A stretch of 32,000 nt of DNA from Candidatus Competibacteraceae bacterium (GTDB taxonomy: Bacteria; Pseudomonadota; Gammaproteobacteria; Competibacterales; Competibacteraceae), in the NCBI GenBank assembly GCA_007120095.1, contig SKOM01000179.1:1-32000 (forward strand), read 5' to 3'. Made by a program: the position numbers and the translations under genes. Below are positions 20,668 to 32,000 of the stretch, one piece after another. Under the pieces are notes generated by a model. It saw only the letters and a list, made by a program, of their open reading frames with translations. It was not told the origin of the DNA and did no database searches. The number at the start of each line of letters is the position of its first letter. Within the stretch, counting starts at the first letter, position 1.

Positions 20668-21366
20668 TCAATCTTGCCATTGCCACCGTCCAGCGGTGAA
20701 TCGCTGATGGGGTTGGAACCGAGCCTTGTAGGACATTTTTTGACAATTTTTAATGTAATAACCTAGATAGACCCAGGGTAGACCCATCCGTCGGGCATAC
20801 TCGATCTGGTGCAGAATAATCAGCGTCCCCAGTGTACGTTGCGCGGCCGAGGGTTCGAAGTACGAGTAAACAGCGGAAAAGCCATCCGCAAGATGATCAA
20901 CCACGGCACCACAAAGTAAGCGGTTTTCACTATCACGCAGTTCCCACAGGGCATTACTACACCAACTGCTCGCCGTGAAACCAAAAAAATCGTCGGCACT
21001 GATCAAATCCATGCCGCCGTCGCGGTGACGGTGGTGAGCGTAACGCTGAAACAATTGGTAATGTTCTCCGTCATGGCTCATGGGGCGCAATTGTAAGCGT
21101 AGATCCCGGTTGTTTTTCCAGCTACGCCGTTGTGAGCGAGAAGGACGGAAATTCCGGCTGGAAACCCGCAAAGATTGACACGCCTTGCACGCCTGGCAAT
21201 AGGGGCGGTACACATGTTCACCGCTGCGCCGAAAACCCTGTAACAGCAAGGATTGGTAATGCGTTTGATTGACCTGCCGAGGTTCGGCGACCAAGTTACG
21301 CGCTTGACGCTCGGGTAGGTAACTGCACGCGTGGTCTGTGGTTAAATACAGCGGCAAATGGGTCAT
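20668..21366 (-). CDS. bpt: Arginyltransferase-family aspartate/glutamate leucyltransferase (Bpt)
   Basis: YLPERQARNLVAEP, GFRRSGEHVYRPYCQACKACQSLRV, MGLPWVYLGYYIKNCQKMSYKARFQP. Confidence 0.95.
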   Translation of the reverse strand: MTHLPLYLTTDHACSYLPERQARNLVAEPRQVNQTHYQSLLLQGFRRSGEHVYRPYCQACKACQSLRVSSRNFRPSRSQRRSWKNNRDLRLQLRPMSHDGEHYQLFQRYAHHRHRDGGMDLISADDFFGFTASSWCSNALWELRDSENRLLCGAVVDHLADGFSAVYSYFEPSAAQRTLGTLIILHQIEYARRMGLPWVYLGYYIKNCQKMSYKARFQPHQRFTAGRWQWQD

Positions 21367-21372
21367 GGTTAT

Positions 21373-22089
21373 TCAGTAATCGCAGGCCCACTCAGGGTCA
21401 ATCAGCCAGGCATTGGCGGAATGCGGTTCGCGGCAGGCCTTGAGCAGTTGTAAAAATCGCTGGCGGGAGACATCCTCAGCGCCCAAGCGGTATAGATGAT
21501 CTGTGGGTAATTGGCAGTCAATGATTGGAAATCGCCAGCGGCGCAGATGGGCGCACAGGCACGCCAGTGCAACTTTCGAGGCGTCGCTGGCGCGGCTGAA
21601 CATCGACTCACCGAAAAATACCCTCCCCAGGGCAACCCCATATAACCCGCCGACTAATTGTCCATTCTGCCAGGTTTCTACCGAGTGGGCGAAACCGAGT
21701 TGATGCAAACGTCCATAAGCCGAGCGCATTTCGGGGACAATCCATGTCGCATCAGTTTGCGGACGCGGTGCACTGCAACCTTCAATGACTGCAGGGAACG
21801 CCTGATCCAGGCTGACCGTATAGCGGCCGCTGCGGATGACCTTGCGTAAACTCCGCGAAACCTTCAAGCGTTCCGGGTAAAGTACCGTACGCGGGTCAGG
21901 TGACCACCAGCAGATCGGTGTAGAGTCATCATACCAGGGAAATATCCCGTTGCTGTAGGCATGCAGCAACCTTTCAGGGCTTAAGCAGCCGCCTACGGCC
22001 AGCAGCCCGTTTGGCTCACGCAGCGCCCATGCCGGATTGGGGAAAGGCTGCGTGCTATTGTGGCAATCAAGCCAGATGACAGCGGTCAT
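21373..22089 (-). CDS. aat: Leucyl/phenylalanyl-tRNA--protein transferase
   Basis: GLLAVGGCLSPERLLHAYSNGIFPWY, WWSPDPRTVL, VGGLYGVALGRVFFGESMFS. Confidence 0.97.
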   Translation of the reverse strand: MTAVIWLDCHNSTQPFPNPAWALREPNGLLAVGGCLSPERLLHAYSNGIFPWYDDSTPICWWSPDPRTVLYPERLKVSRSLRKVIRSGRYTVSLDQAFPAVIEGCSAPRPQTDATWIVPEMRSAYGRLHQLGFAHSVETWQNGQLVGGLYGVALGRVFFGESMFSRASDASKVALACLCAHLRRWRFPIIDCQLPTDHLYRLGAEDVSRQRFLQLLKACREPHSANAWLIDPEWACDY

Positions 22090-23231
22090 GGTGGCGTATC
22101 ACGGTAAGGGTTATGATTTTGTAATTGTTCGGCATAAGCCTGTACAGCGGGCGTTTCACGAGCAAGGAAATCAGCCACGGCGATGTTGAACTGTGGGTCG
22201 GCCAGCCAATGGGCTGAGTAGGTGAGCGTGGGCAGAAAACCGCGCCAGATTTTGTGCTCGCCTTGGGCACCAGGTTCGAAGCGTGTCAGGCCATGGCGGA
22301 TACAATACTCTATACCCTGATAGTAACAAAGCTCAAAATGCAGGCTATCAAAATCAGCGGCACAACCCCAGTGTCTCCCATACAGAGTATCATGACTCAG
22401 GTAACTGAGGGCAGCGGCCACTGGCTGATGATCCATCAACGCGGTGACTACCAGCACACGTTCACCTAAGGTTGCACCCAGTTGGCGGAAAAATTCCAGA
22501 GTCAAGGCCGGGAAATTGCCACGCTGATGGAACGTGTTACAGTAGAAACGGTGGAACCACAGCCAGTCGGTGGCGCTGAGATCGCTGCCGTGGCGGGTGA
22601 CGATTTGCAGCCGTGAGGTGCTGGCCAGCTTGCGTTCCCGGCGAATATTTTTCCGCCGCTTGCTGACCAGCTCACCGAGAAAATCCTCAAAGCCTGGGTA
22701 GCCGCGATTATGCCAGTGAAACTGACAACCCGTACGGATTAAAAACCCGGCGCGTTCCAAGTGTGCACAGTGCTCATGATCAGGAAACAGCCAATGCAGC
22801 GAGGAACAGCCCCGATCATATGCCAGGCTACGACAACTCTGAATCAGAGCGGCGGCGATCGCATCGCGGTTGGTACCACCGGCTGGTAATAACCAACGTG
22901 GGCCGGTGGCCGGGGTGAAGGGAATGGCCGCCACGAGTTTGGGGTAGTAATCAAGCCCATACTGGCGATAGGCATTAGCCCAGCTCCAATCAAACACAAA
23001 CTCGCCGAAAGAATTATCTTTAAGATAGAGCGGCACAGCACCCAGTAACCGGCCGTGTTGGTCTTGGCAGATGACATGCTGAGGGTGCCAGCCGGAACGC
23101 TGCTGCAAACAGCCTTGAGTTTCCAAAGCATTGAGAAATTCATGCCGTAAAAACGGGTAGGCGTTCGGCACCAACCGATTCCAGTCGGCGGCGTCAACTC
23201 GGTCTAGCGAGGTAATAATGTGGGTCTGCAT
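22086..23231 (-). CDS. FemAB-like / GNAT-fold acyltransferase family protein (PF04339/DUF482 type)
   Basis: 381 aa; YGLDYYPKLVAAIPFTPATGPR, FLGELVSKRRKNIRRERK, FEPGAQGEHKIWRGFLPTLTYSAHW. Stop overlaps aat start (ATGA). Confidence 0.88.
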   Translation of the reverse strand: MQTHIITSLDRVDAADWNRLVPNAYPFLRHEFLNALETQGCLQQRSGWHPQHVICQDQHGRLLGAVPLYLKDNSFGEFVFDWSWANAYRQYGLDYYPKLVAAIPFTPATGPRWLLPAGGTNRDAIAAALIQSCRSLAYDRGCSSLHWLFPDHEHCAHLERAGFLIRTGCQFHWHNRGYPGFEDFLGELVSKRRKNIRRERKLASTSRLQIVTRHGSDLSATDWLWFHRFYCNTFHQRGNFPALTLEFFRQLGATLGERVLVVTALMDHQPVAAALSYLSHDTLYGRHWGCAADFDSLHFELCYYQGIEYCIRHGLTRFEPGAQGEHKIWRGFLPTLTYSAHWLADPQFNIAVADFLARETPAVQAYAEQLQNHNPYRDTPP

Positions 23232-23293
23232 CGAATCCAGTCTCGATTAAGATTAGAATACTGAGTTAAATTGGCATTAGAGGTTTCAGATCC

Positions 23294-25867
23294 TTGGCAC
23301 AAGCATCGCGAAAAGCAGAATTCAGATTGGCATCTACCGTGCTGCACCAAGCACAATACGCCCTGCGCGAGAGCGTATTTCTGATATTAGTCATTTTCAG
23401 CGGTTTTTTGCTCATCGCTTTGCTGACCTACAGTCCGCATGATAGTGCATGGTCAAGTGTTGGTAGCAACACTGAAGTGGCCAATTACGGCGGAGTCATC
23501 GGTGCCTGGTTTGCAGATGTGGTGTTATATTTCTTCGGCTTCCTGGCGTTCTTATTGCCCGTGGCGTTGATCTATGCCGCTTGGCATTTGACCCGGGCCG
23601 AGGTCTGGCAGGTGCTGGACGGCGAAGTCGTCCTGTTTCGGGCCATGGGCACGGGGGTGACCCTGACGGCAGGCTGTGCTTTGGCTACCTTGCTGTTACC
23701 GGGCATTGCTCAAGTTTCAGGCGGCGGGGTATTGGGTGAAGCAGTCAGCCAAAAACTGGTGGCCGCTTTTGGGCCGGCTGGCGGCAGTTTATTTCTTCTG
23801 GCGTTATTTTTGGCTGGCTTTACCTTAACCACCGGCGTGTCTTGGGTTGGTTTGCTCGATGTGGTCGGGCGCTGGACGTGGAAAGCGCTGGCGTGGCTGC
23901 TGGCCGCCCCTGCAATGCTGTGGCAGCACTATCAGGCCGTGCGCGCTCAACGTGCTGAACAACCCACCCTTTCGGAACCTGCCGTCTCAGAGTCCTATGA
24001 GTTTGAATCAGAACCGGTGACAGCGGTTGATTCGCCGAAGCCAGCGGATGAATATGATCTGCCGGATCCGCAACCCACTGTTGAAACGTCTGGGTTTAGT
24101 GACGAAACACCTGCGACATCAGCACGGCGGTCGCGTATCGAACCGACCTTCGTCGATGATACTGATCCCGAGTGGTATGAGTCAGAACCGGAAAAGCGGA
24201 TTGAGACGGCTGAGTTGCCTGCGGAGCGTGAGGACACAGCTCCCGAAAACGATCCGCCGCCTGTGTTTTCACTGCCGGCTTTGTTTAAATCCGCCTTGTC
24301 CAACTCTCAGCCCGCCCCAGAACCACAGATCGCTCCAGCGGTCCAGCCACCGGTTAAGCGCGAAAAACCACCGTTGCCGCCGCTGGAATTACTGGATCGG
24401 GTTCCGGGCAATGTGACCGGTTACAGCGAAGACGAGTTGGAGACTATGTCGGTTCAGCTCGAAAGCTTGCTGGCCAGTTTCGGGGTGACCGTGACGGTAG
24501 TTAATATCGAGCCTGGTCCGGTCATTACCCGTTTCGAAATTGATCCGGCTCCAGGAGTCAAGGTCAATCAGATCACTAATTTGTCCAAGGATTTGGCGCG
24601 TGGCTTATCCGTTACCAGTGTCCGGGTGGTTGAGGTTATCCCCGGTAAATCGTTTATTGGTTTAGAGATTCCCAATCAACGTCGTCAAATTGTGTATCTG
24701 GGTGAAATTCTGGCCTCGCCGCCGTACCAAAATGCCAGCTCACCTTTGACGCTGGTGTTGGGTAAGGATATCGGCGGACGTCCCGTGGTCGCCAATCTCG
24801 GTAAAATGCCGCATCTGCTGGTGGCGGGCACCACCGGCTCGGGCAAGTCTGTCGCCATTAATGCCATGCTGCTCAGTCTGCTGTATAAATCCACACCCGA
24901 GGATATACGGTTGATCCTAATCGATCCGAAAATGCTGGAGTTATCGGTTTATGAGGATATTCCGCATTTGCTGGCACCGGTGGTCACCGATATGAAAGAA
25001 GCCGCCAATGCCTTACGCTGGTGTGTGGCGGAAATGGAACGCCGTTATCGGTTGATGGCCACGCTTAAAGTGCGCAATATCGCCGGGTTTAACCGCCAGG
25101 TCCGCGATGCCATAGCCGCCGGCCAACCGATTACCGATCCTTTGTATAAACCCAGTCCGGAAATGGCCGGACAGCCGCAGCCGACTCTGGAACCGCTGCC
25201 GTTTATCGTGGTGGTGATTGATGAACTGGCTGATATGATGATGATTGTCGGCAAAAAAGTGGAAGAGCTGATTGCGCGTCTGGCTCAGAAAGCGCGAGCC
25301 TCGGGTATTCATTTGATTTTAGCGACTCAGCGCCCCTCGGTGGATGTGATCACCGGTTTGATCAAAGCCAACATTCCCACGCGGATCGCTTTTCAGGTGT
25401 CATCCAAGGTGGATTCACGCACCATTCTCGATCAAATGGGTGCGGAGAATCTGCTCGGCCATGGCGATATGCTGTTCCACCCGCCAGGAGCCGGATTCAC
25501 CGAGCGGGTGCATGGCGCTTTCGTTGATGATCATGAAGTCAACCAAGTGGTGGACTACATCAAACAGCATGGCCAACCGGACTATATCGAGGCTATTCTT
25601 GAAGAACCGGTCGAAGTGCCTGATAATGTAGCGGCTTTTATAGGCGGCGGCGATGCTGGCAGCGAAACCGATGTGCTGTACGATCAGGCCGTGCAAGTGG
25701 TCACCGAGTCGCGCAAAGCATCGATTTCCAGCGTGCAGCGCCGCTTGCGGATTGGTTATAACCGGGCAGCGCGTCTGATTGAAGAGATGGAAGCGGCAGG
25801 GGTGGTCGGATCGCCGCAACATAACGGCACCCGTGAGGTCTTAGCTCCTCCACCCCCAGAGGTTTGA
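23294..25867 (+). CDS. ftsK: DNA translocase FtsK
   Basis: N-terminal TMs, proline/glutamate-rich linker, motor domain with [52 protein letters not shown]-terminal gamma winged helix. Confidence 0.97.
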   Translation: MAQASRKAEFRLASTVLHQAQYALRESVFLILVIFSGFLLIALLTYSPHDSAWSSVGSNTEVANYGGVIGAWFADVVLYFFGFLAFLLPVALIYAAWHLTRAEVWQVLDGEVVLFRAMGTGVTLTAGCALATLLLPGIAQVSGGGVLGEAVSQKLVAAFGPAGGSLFLLALFLAGFTLTTGVSWVGLLDVVGRWTWKALAWLLAAPAMLWQHYQAVRAQRAEQPTLSEPAVSESYEFESEPVTAVDSPKPADEYDLPDPQPTVETSGFSDETPATSARRSRIEPTFVDDTDPEWYESEPEKRIETAELPAEREDTAPENDPPPVFSLPALFKSALSNSQPAPEPQIAPAVQPPVKREKPPLPPLELLDRVPGNVTGYSEDELETMSVQLESLLASFGVTVTVVNIEPGPVITRFEIDPAPGVKVNQITNLSKDLARGLSVTSVRVVEVIPGKSFIGLEIPNQRRQIVYLGEILASPPYQNASSPLTLVLGKDIGGRPVVANLGKMPHLLVAGTTGSGKSVAINAMLLSLLYKSTPEDIRLILIDPKMLELSVYEDIPHLLAPVVTDMKEAANALRWCVAEMERRYRLMATLKVRNIAGFNRQVRDAIAAGQPITDPLYKPSPEMAGQPQPTLEPLPFIVVVIDELADMMMIVGKKVEELIARLAQKARASGIHLILATQRPSVDVITGLIKANIPTRIAFQVSSKVDSRTILDQMGAENLLGHGDMLFHPPGAGFTERVHGAFVDDHEVNQVVDYIKQHGQPDYIEAILEEPVEVPDNVAAFIGGGDAGSETDVLYDQAVQVVTESRKASISSVQRRLRIGYNRAARLIEEMEAAGVVGSPQHNGTREVLAPPPPEV

Positions 25868-25871
25868 TGAC

Positions 25872-27802
<1,931 letters not shown>

Positions 27803-27830
27803 AGTTGTCAGGGGCTTTTGATTTTGTGGC

Positions 27831-27971
27831 TTATCTTCCTCCAGTTGCACCCTGAGCGAACGCGCTCGAACGCGCTCGGTCGATGGTGTCCAGGTGTGGC
27901 TTCAGATTGCCGACTACATCGCCCAGACCGCTGTCGATCTGGGTGATAGCCACCTTGAGTCGAGTGCTCAT
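27831..27971 (-). pseudogene. N-terminal remnant of a carbon-nitrogen hydrolase / NadE-amidase-like gene
   Basis: Hand translation of minus strand from ATG 27971 to TAA 27831: MSTRLKVAITQIDSGLGDVVGNLKPHLDTIDRARSSAFAQGATGGR*. The start resembles nitrilase-superfamily N-termini; it stops before the Glu motif. Below the supplied ORF length cutoff. Confidence 0.6.
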
Positions 27972-27976
27972 CGAGA

Positions 27977-29008
27977 TCAGCAACCACGGGCTACACGCAA
28001 ACCCCGTAAGGTCTGCTGGAGCAGTTCGCCCAGATCCTCAGACAAATAACCGCCTTCTTGAACCAATAGCATGGGAATATCCATACGGCCCAGGCGAGTA
28101 CCGAGGGTGTAAAATCCATCAACGCTGACTTGAAAAGCCGAGAGTGGATCATGGGCATAAGCATCCAAACCCAAGGCCACGACTAAACAGCCCGGCGCAT
28201 AATCGTTGACCACGGCAAGCGCCCGTTCAATGGTTCTCAGCCAGGTGGCTTCTTGGGTGCCGATGGGCAGAGGACAGTTGTGGTTATAGCCCTGGCCTCT
28301 GCCTTGGCCGGTTTCTGCACGGAACCCCCAATAGAATGGATAAAACCCAACAGGGTCAGCGTGAACCGAAACGGTGAGCACGTCATCACGCTTATAGAAA
28401 ATCCCTTGAGTCCCATTGCCATGATGGACATCGACATCCAGAATGGCCACGGTGTGAAAGTGCTGGCGCAGCCATTGCGCCGCGATGGCGGTGTTATTGA
28501 GATAACAATGACCGCCCGCCATGTCGGCAAAAGCGTGATGTCCTGGTGGGCGGCAGAGCGCATAAGCCTCACGCGCCCCGGCGGCGATATGAGCCGCCGC
28601 ACTCAGCGCCACATCCGCACTGGCCATAACCGCCTCATAGGTGTGCGGACCGATGGCGCAGGCGGTATCCGCCATGTGCCAGCCTGCACGGGCGACCACT
28701 CCATTGGAGTAGCGTCCACAGTGGCGGTTAGGGTGAATATTCGCAATGACTTCCGGGCCGGCATGGGGCAATAGCTGCCACTGTGCGTAAGCGTTGTCGA
28801 GAAAATCGAGGTAAGCAGTGCTATGCACCGCCTGTTTGTGGTGGAGTGGCCAGCGATCCGCCTGCCTGGCTTCAAGCCCCGCTGCGCGTGCCGCCTGCAA
28901 CAGAATATCCGCCCGTTCGGGTTGCTCCTCACAGCGTTTAACCACACCCCGAGCTAGGAAAAATTCAGGTCGGTGGTTACGGTGAGCCTCGGTGTAATAG
29001 CTGAGCAC
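27977..29008 (-). CDS. Histone deacetylase family protein (acetylpolyamine amidohydrolase-like)
   Basis: CRPPGHHAFADMAGGHCYLNNTAIAAQWL, AILDVDVHHGNGTQGIFY, ALGLDAYAHDPL, VQEGGYL metal/active-site motifs. Confidence 0.94.
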   Translation of the reverse strand: MLSYYTEAHRNHRPEFFLARGVVKRCEEQPERADILLQAARAAGLEARQADRWPLHHKQAVHSTAYLDFLDNAYAQWQLLPHAGPEVIANIHPNRHCGRYSNGVVARAGWHMADTACAIGPHTYEAVMASADVALSAAAHIAAGAREAYALCRPPGHHAFADMAGGHCYLNNTAIAAQWLRQHFHTVAILDVDVHHGNGTQGIFYKRDDVLTVSVHADPVGFYPFYWGFRAETGQGRGQGYNHNCPLPIGTQEATWLRTIERALAVVNDYAPGCLVVALGLDAYAHDPLSAFQVSVDGFYTLGTRLGRMDIPMLLVQEGGYLSEDLGELLQQTLRGLRVARGC

Positions 29009-29070
29009 GCTTGCTCCCTTCCACTATAGTCTTGAAACACATGAGCCGCATAACCGCAGTGAACGTTACC

Positions 29071-30432
29071 TCACTGTGCCTGCGTCGGTAACCATAACAC
29101 CAGGTTCGGAAACGCCACAATAATCGCCAGCATCAGCAATTGCAGACTGATAAACGGCACGATGCCACGATAAATATGCCAAGTGCTGATGCTCGGTGGA
29201 GCCGCCCCGCGCAGATAAAACAGGGCAAATCCAAACGGTGGGGTTAAAAATGAGGCTTGCAGATTCATGGCGATCAGCACCCCGAACCAGATTGGATCAT
29301 AGCCAAATAAAATTGCGACCGGGGTGACCAGTGGCACGACAATGAAGGTGATCTCGATAAAATCAAGGAAAAAACCCAACAGGAAAATCGTCAGCATCAC
29401 AAAGAATAAAAATCCCCACTGACCGCCGGGCAAGCCTTCCAGAAAACCTTTAACCAGCCAGGTGCCATCCAAAGCACTAAAGACCATGGCAAACGCAGTG
29501 GCTCCGACCAAAATCATAAACACCATGCTGGTGAGTCGTACCGTGGTATCGGTGACTGCTGAGAGATTTTTCCATGTCAGGCGGCCATTGACCAAGGCCA
29601 GCAGGCTGGCACCGAATGCCCCCATAGCACCGGCTTCGGTGGGCGAGGCCAGACCAAAAAAAATACTGCCTAGCACGACGGCAACCAGCAACAGTGGAGG
29701 GAGCAGGCTTTTCAGCACGGCCAGTGCCAGATTATGCACTTCGAAATCGTCAGAATCCTTGGGCATTGCGGGGGCTACATCACGCTTGACCAAGGCGTAA
29801 ATAGCGATATAGGTGATATACAAACTACTGAGCACCAGACCGGGAATAAACGCCCCAAGGAATAAATCGCCGACATTCACTCCCATCTGATCGCCCAGGA
29901 TAATCAGCACAATACTCGGTGGGATAATTTGCCCGAGTGTGCCGCTGGCGGCAATGGTGCCGGCAGCCAGAGAGCGGTCATACTGGTATTTCAGCATTAC
30001 GGGCAGTGCGAGAATCGCCATAGTCACCACAGACGCACCGACCACACCGGTCGAGGCCGCGAGCAGGGCACCGACGGCCACTACAGAAATCGCCAGCCCG
30101 CCGCGCATCCGCCCAAATAAGCGCCCCATGGTTTTGAGCAGATCTTCGGCTAAGCCCGAGGTTTGCAGCATAACGCCCATGAATACGAAAAACGGCACAG
30201 CAACCAGGGTGTAATTGTCCATGACCGAGCCGAAAATCCGCCCCGGCAGGGCAGTGAGGCGCACAAAACGAAACATAGGATCCCACGGCAGGGATAGCCC
30301 CAAATTGGGTAGGAAATCGCTACCAATCAGGGTAAACAGCACCGCTGTCGCCCCCAGGCTGAAGGCAACCGGGTAACCGGAAAGCATAAACAGCAGCAGG
30401 CAGACGAACATCCATAAAGCGATATAGTCCAT
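29071..30432 (-). CDS. TRAP transporter large permease (DctM family)
   Basis: 453 aa; FMGVMLQTSGLAEDLLKTMGRLFGRMRGGLAISVVAVGALLAASTGVVGASVVTMAILALPVMLKYQYDRSLAAGTIAASGTLGQIIPPSIVLI; FLDFIEITFIVVPLVTP. Confidence 0.95.
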   Translation of the reverse strand: MDYIALWMFVCLLLFMLSGYPVAFSLGATAVLFTLIGSDFLPNLGLSLPWDPMFRFVRLTALPGRIFGSVMDNYTLVAVPFFVFMGVMLQTSGLAEDLLKTMGRLFGRMRGGLAISVVAVGALLAASTGVVGASVVTMAILALPVMLKYQYDRSLAAGTIAASGTLGQIIPPSIVLIILGDQMGVNVGDLFLGAFIPGLVLSSLYITYIAIYALVKRDVAPAMPKDSDDFEVHNLALAVLKSLLPPLLLVAVVLGSIFFGLASPTEAGAMGAFGASLLALVNGRLTWKNLSAVTDTTVRLTSMVFMILVGATAFAMVFSALDGTWLVKGFLEGLPGGQWGFLFFVMLTIFLLGFFLDFIEITFIVVPLVTPVAILFGYDPIWFGVLIAMNLQASFLTPPFGFALFYLRGAAPPSISTWHIYRGIVPFISLQLLMLAIIVAFPNLVLWLPTQAQ

Positions 30433-30447
30433 GAGCGAGTAGTCTAC

Positions 30448-31032
30448 TTAGCGGTGAGAGTTGTAGTCCGGGGCACCGACTGTGCCGCGCAGCCAGGCGA
30501 TACGTTTGATGATCTCGCTGATTCCTTGCAGCATCAGCATAAAGAACGCAAAAGGTATCATCGTCTTGATGGGGTAGCGCGGCAGGCCGTCGGGTTGGGG
30601 GCTTTGCTCCATGCGTTCAACATCCGGCCAGCCACGGGGAAAATCGATCCACGCCCAGGAGCGCAGGGCATAGTCCCAGGATAACCACACGATCAGAGCA
30701 CAAAATGGGATTAAAAACAGCGCTGCACCGGCAATATCGACCCAGGCTTTGGTTGTGGGTTTGAGGCTGGAATAGATGATGTCTACGCGGATATGGGCAT
30801 CCTGGCGCAATACATAGGCCGCGCCGAGCAGGAAAATCAGGTTATAAGCGTAGGTTTGCCCTTCAAGCAGCATATTGCTGCTTAACTGCATGCCCAGTCT
30901 GGCACCCAGGTAGCGCCCAATCACATTGACGACGCCTAGCACGATGAGCAATACGACGAAGAATCCCATGGAGCGGCCAATAAAGTGGTTAATGGCGTCG
31001 ATGGTGCGGGATACGCGTAACAAGAGGGGCAT
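30448..31032 (-). CDS. TRAP transporter small permease (DctQ family)
   Basis: 194 aa four-TM protein immediately upstream of DctM; motif YAYNLIFLLGAAYVLRQDAHIRVDIIY. Confidence 0.92.
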   Translation of the reverse strand: MPLLLRVSRTIDAINHFIGRSMGFFVVLLIVLGVVNVIGRYLGARLGMQLSSNMLLEGQTYAYNLIFLLGAAYVLRQDAHIRVDIIYSSLKPTTKAWVDIAGAALFLIPFCALIVWLSWDYALRSWAWIDFPRGWPDVERMEQSPQPDGLPRYPIKTMIPFAFFMLMLQGISEIIKRIAWLRGTVGAPDYNSHR

Positions 31033-31107
31033 ACGTGAATTGATTGATGGATAATGCTAGGGACTCTAACCCGCAGGTGACTGCGGGTCAAGCAATCCGT
31101 TATGTGG

Positions 31108-32000
31108 TTAGCGGACGGTTAATGGATGGCGGGCCAGGGTGCGTTGAGTCATACCATCGACATAGCGTAATTCAAACTGGCCTGCTTCGGCAGGAGCTTG
31201 GAAAGTCAGCGGATTGCCCTCACGGGTGTAGATATAATAGCCGTAGTCGCTTTCCGGCGCGTCCTCATGGACGAGGGTCACGTAATCCCACTGGCCGCTG
31301 GTGCCCGACCAGTTCACCCGAAATGATTGACCTGCGTTCAGATATTCTGGCGCATCAATTCGTGCGGGTGAGATGCTCCTGGTTTCTAAACGACTGCGTG
31401 TGGTGGTGATAAGTTCCGGGGTTCGTAGGCTGCCCCTTGGAGTAGCGCCGCCGTTCATGACCAGGGTGGGCGTTGTGGTGCTTAACGCAGCAAACAGTAC
31501 CTGACCCGTGGCAAAGTCCAGGTCGGTAAGATTACGGATATGATGCAACTCGCCATTGCTGGCTTCAGCGATACAGCGCAGTTCGGATTCGGCGGCCTCA
31601 TCCAAACGCAGTCCGATAATATGAGTCGAGAAATTCAGCCCGCGGTTAACTGCTGAGCGCACCAGGGCGCAGGTGTCTCCGCCGCAACTGTCAATGCCAT
31701 CAACCACTAACAGCAGAGTGGTGGGTTGATTGCGGTTGCGGATCTCCATCAGTGCGGTACGCACAGCGGCGGTCAGTGATGATTGCCCTGAGGCGTTAAG
31801 CTGCCATAATGTTTTTTCCAGAGTGTCGCGGGAGTGGGCGCGTAATGGCAGTAGGGTTTTGACCTGATCGCAGCGCCGCACGGTTTGGCCGTAGACAACA
31901 GTGCCGATCCGACGGGATTCCGGTAAATGAGTGGCTAAGCGCGTTACCACATCGGTGGCGATGTGCAGTTTGAATACCCCATTGATACGGCCTCCCATAC
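31108..32000 (-). CDS. von Willebrand factor type A (VWA) domain protein, N-terminus beyond the window
   Basis: VWA-like core (RIGTVVYGQTVRRCDQV, SSLTAAVRTALMEIRN, TTLLLVVDGIDSCGGDTCALVRSAVNRG) followed by a beta-rich C-terminal domain (YVTLVHEDAPESDYGYYIY...GQFELRYVDG). Confidence 0.78.
   Translation of the reverse strand, partial: MGGRINGVFKLHIATDVVTRLATHLPESRRIGTVVYGQTVRRCDQVKTLLPLRAHSRDTLEKTLWQLNASGQSSLTAAVRTALMEIRNRNQPTTLLLVVDGIDSCGGDTCALVRSAVNRGLNFSTHIIGLRLDEAAESELRCIAEASNGELHHIRNLTDLDFATGQVLFAALSTTTPTLVMNGGATPRGSLRTPELITTTRSRLETRSISPARIDAPEYLNAGQSFRVNWSGTSGQWDYVTLVHEDAPESDYGYYIYTREGNPLTFQAPAEAGQFELRYVDGMTQRTLARHPLTVR

Overview
Mostly a housekeeping/metabolic segment of a proteobacterial (probably gammaproteobacterial) chromosome, read from the sequence and supplied ORF translations only. 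Left to right: an ArsJ-type organoarsenical export pair (partial GAPDH + ArsJ); an orphan fused TRAP permease; a HAMP-only membrane protein; a propionate/methylmalonyl-CoA operon (mutase, pccB, pccA, meaB) whose meaB frame is broken by one in-frame TAG exactly in the Walker A motif; TspO; a small accessory-looking insert (nitrilase-family gene, SDR dehydrogenase, strong hairpins); ampD; sppA-like S49 protease; aceA; clpS-clpA; a convergent infA/bpt/aat/FemAB-like GNAT operon; ftsK-lolA-serS; then a minus-strand block of VWA protein (partial), TRAP small and large permeases, a histone-deacetylase-like amidohydrolase and an untracked 46-codon nitrilase-like N-terminal remnant. No CRISPR array, rRNA, tRNA, transposase or recognisable defence system was seen. 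The items most worth following up are the amber codon in the meaB P-loop, the tandem of three GNAT-fold transferases (FemAB-like/Aat/Bpt), the TRAP-HDAC-nitrilase-remnant block, and the accessory insert between tspO and ampD.
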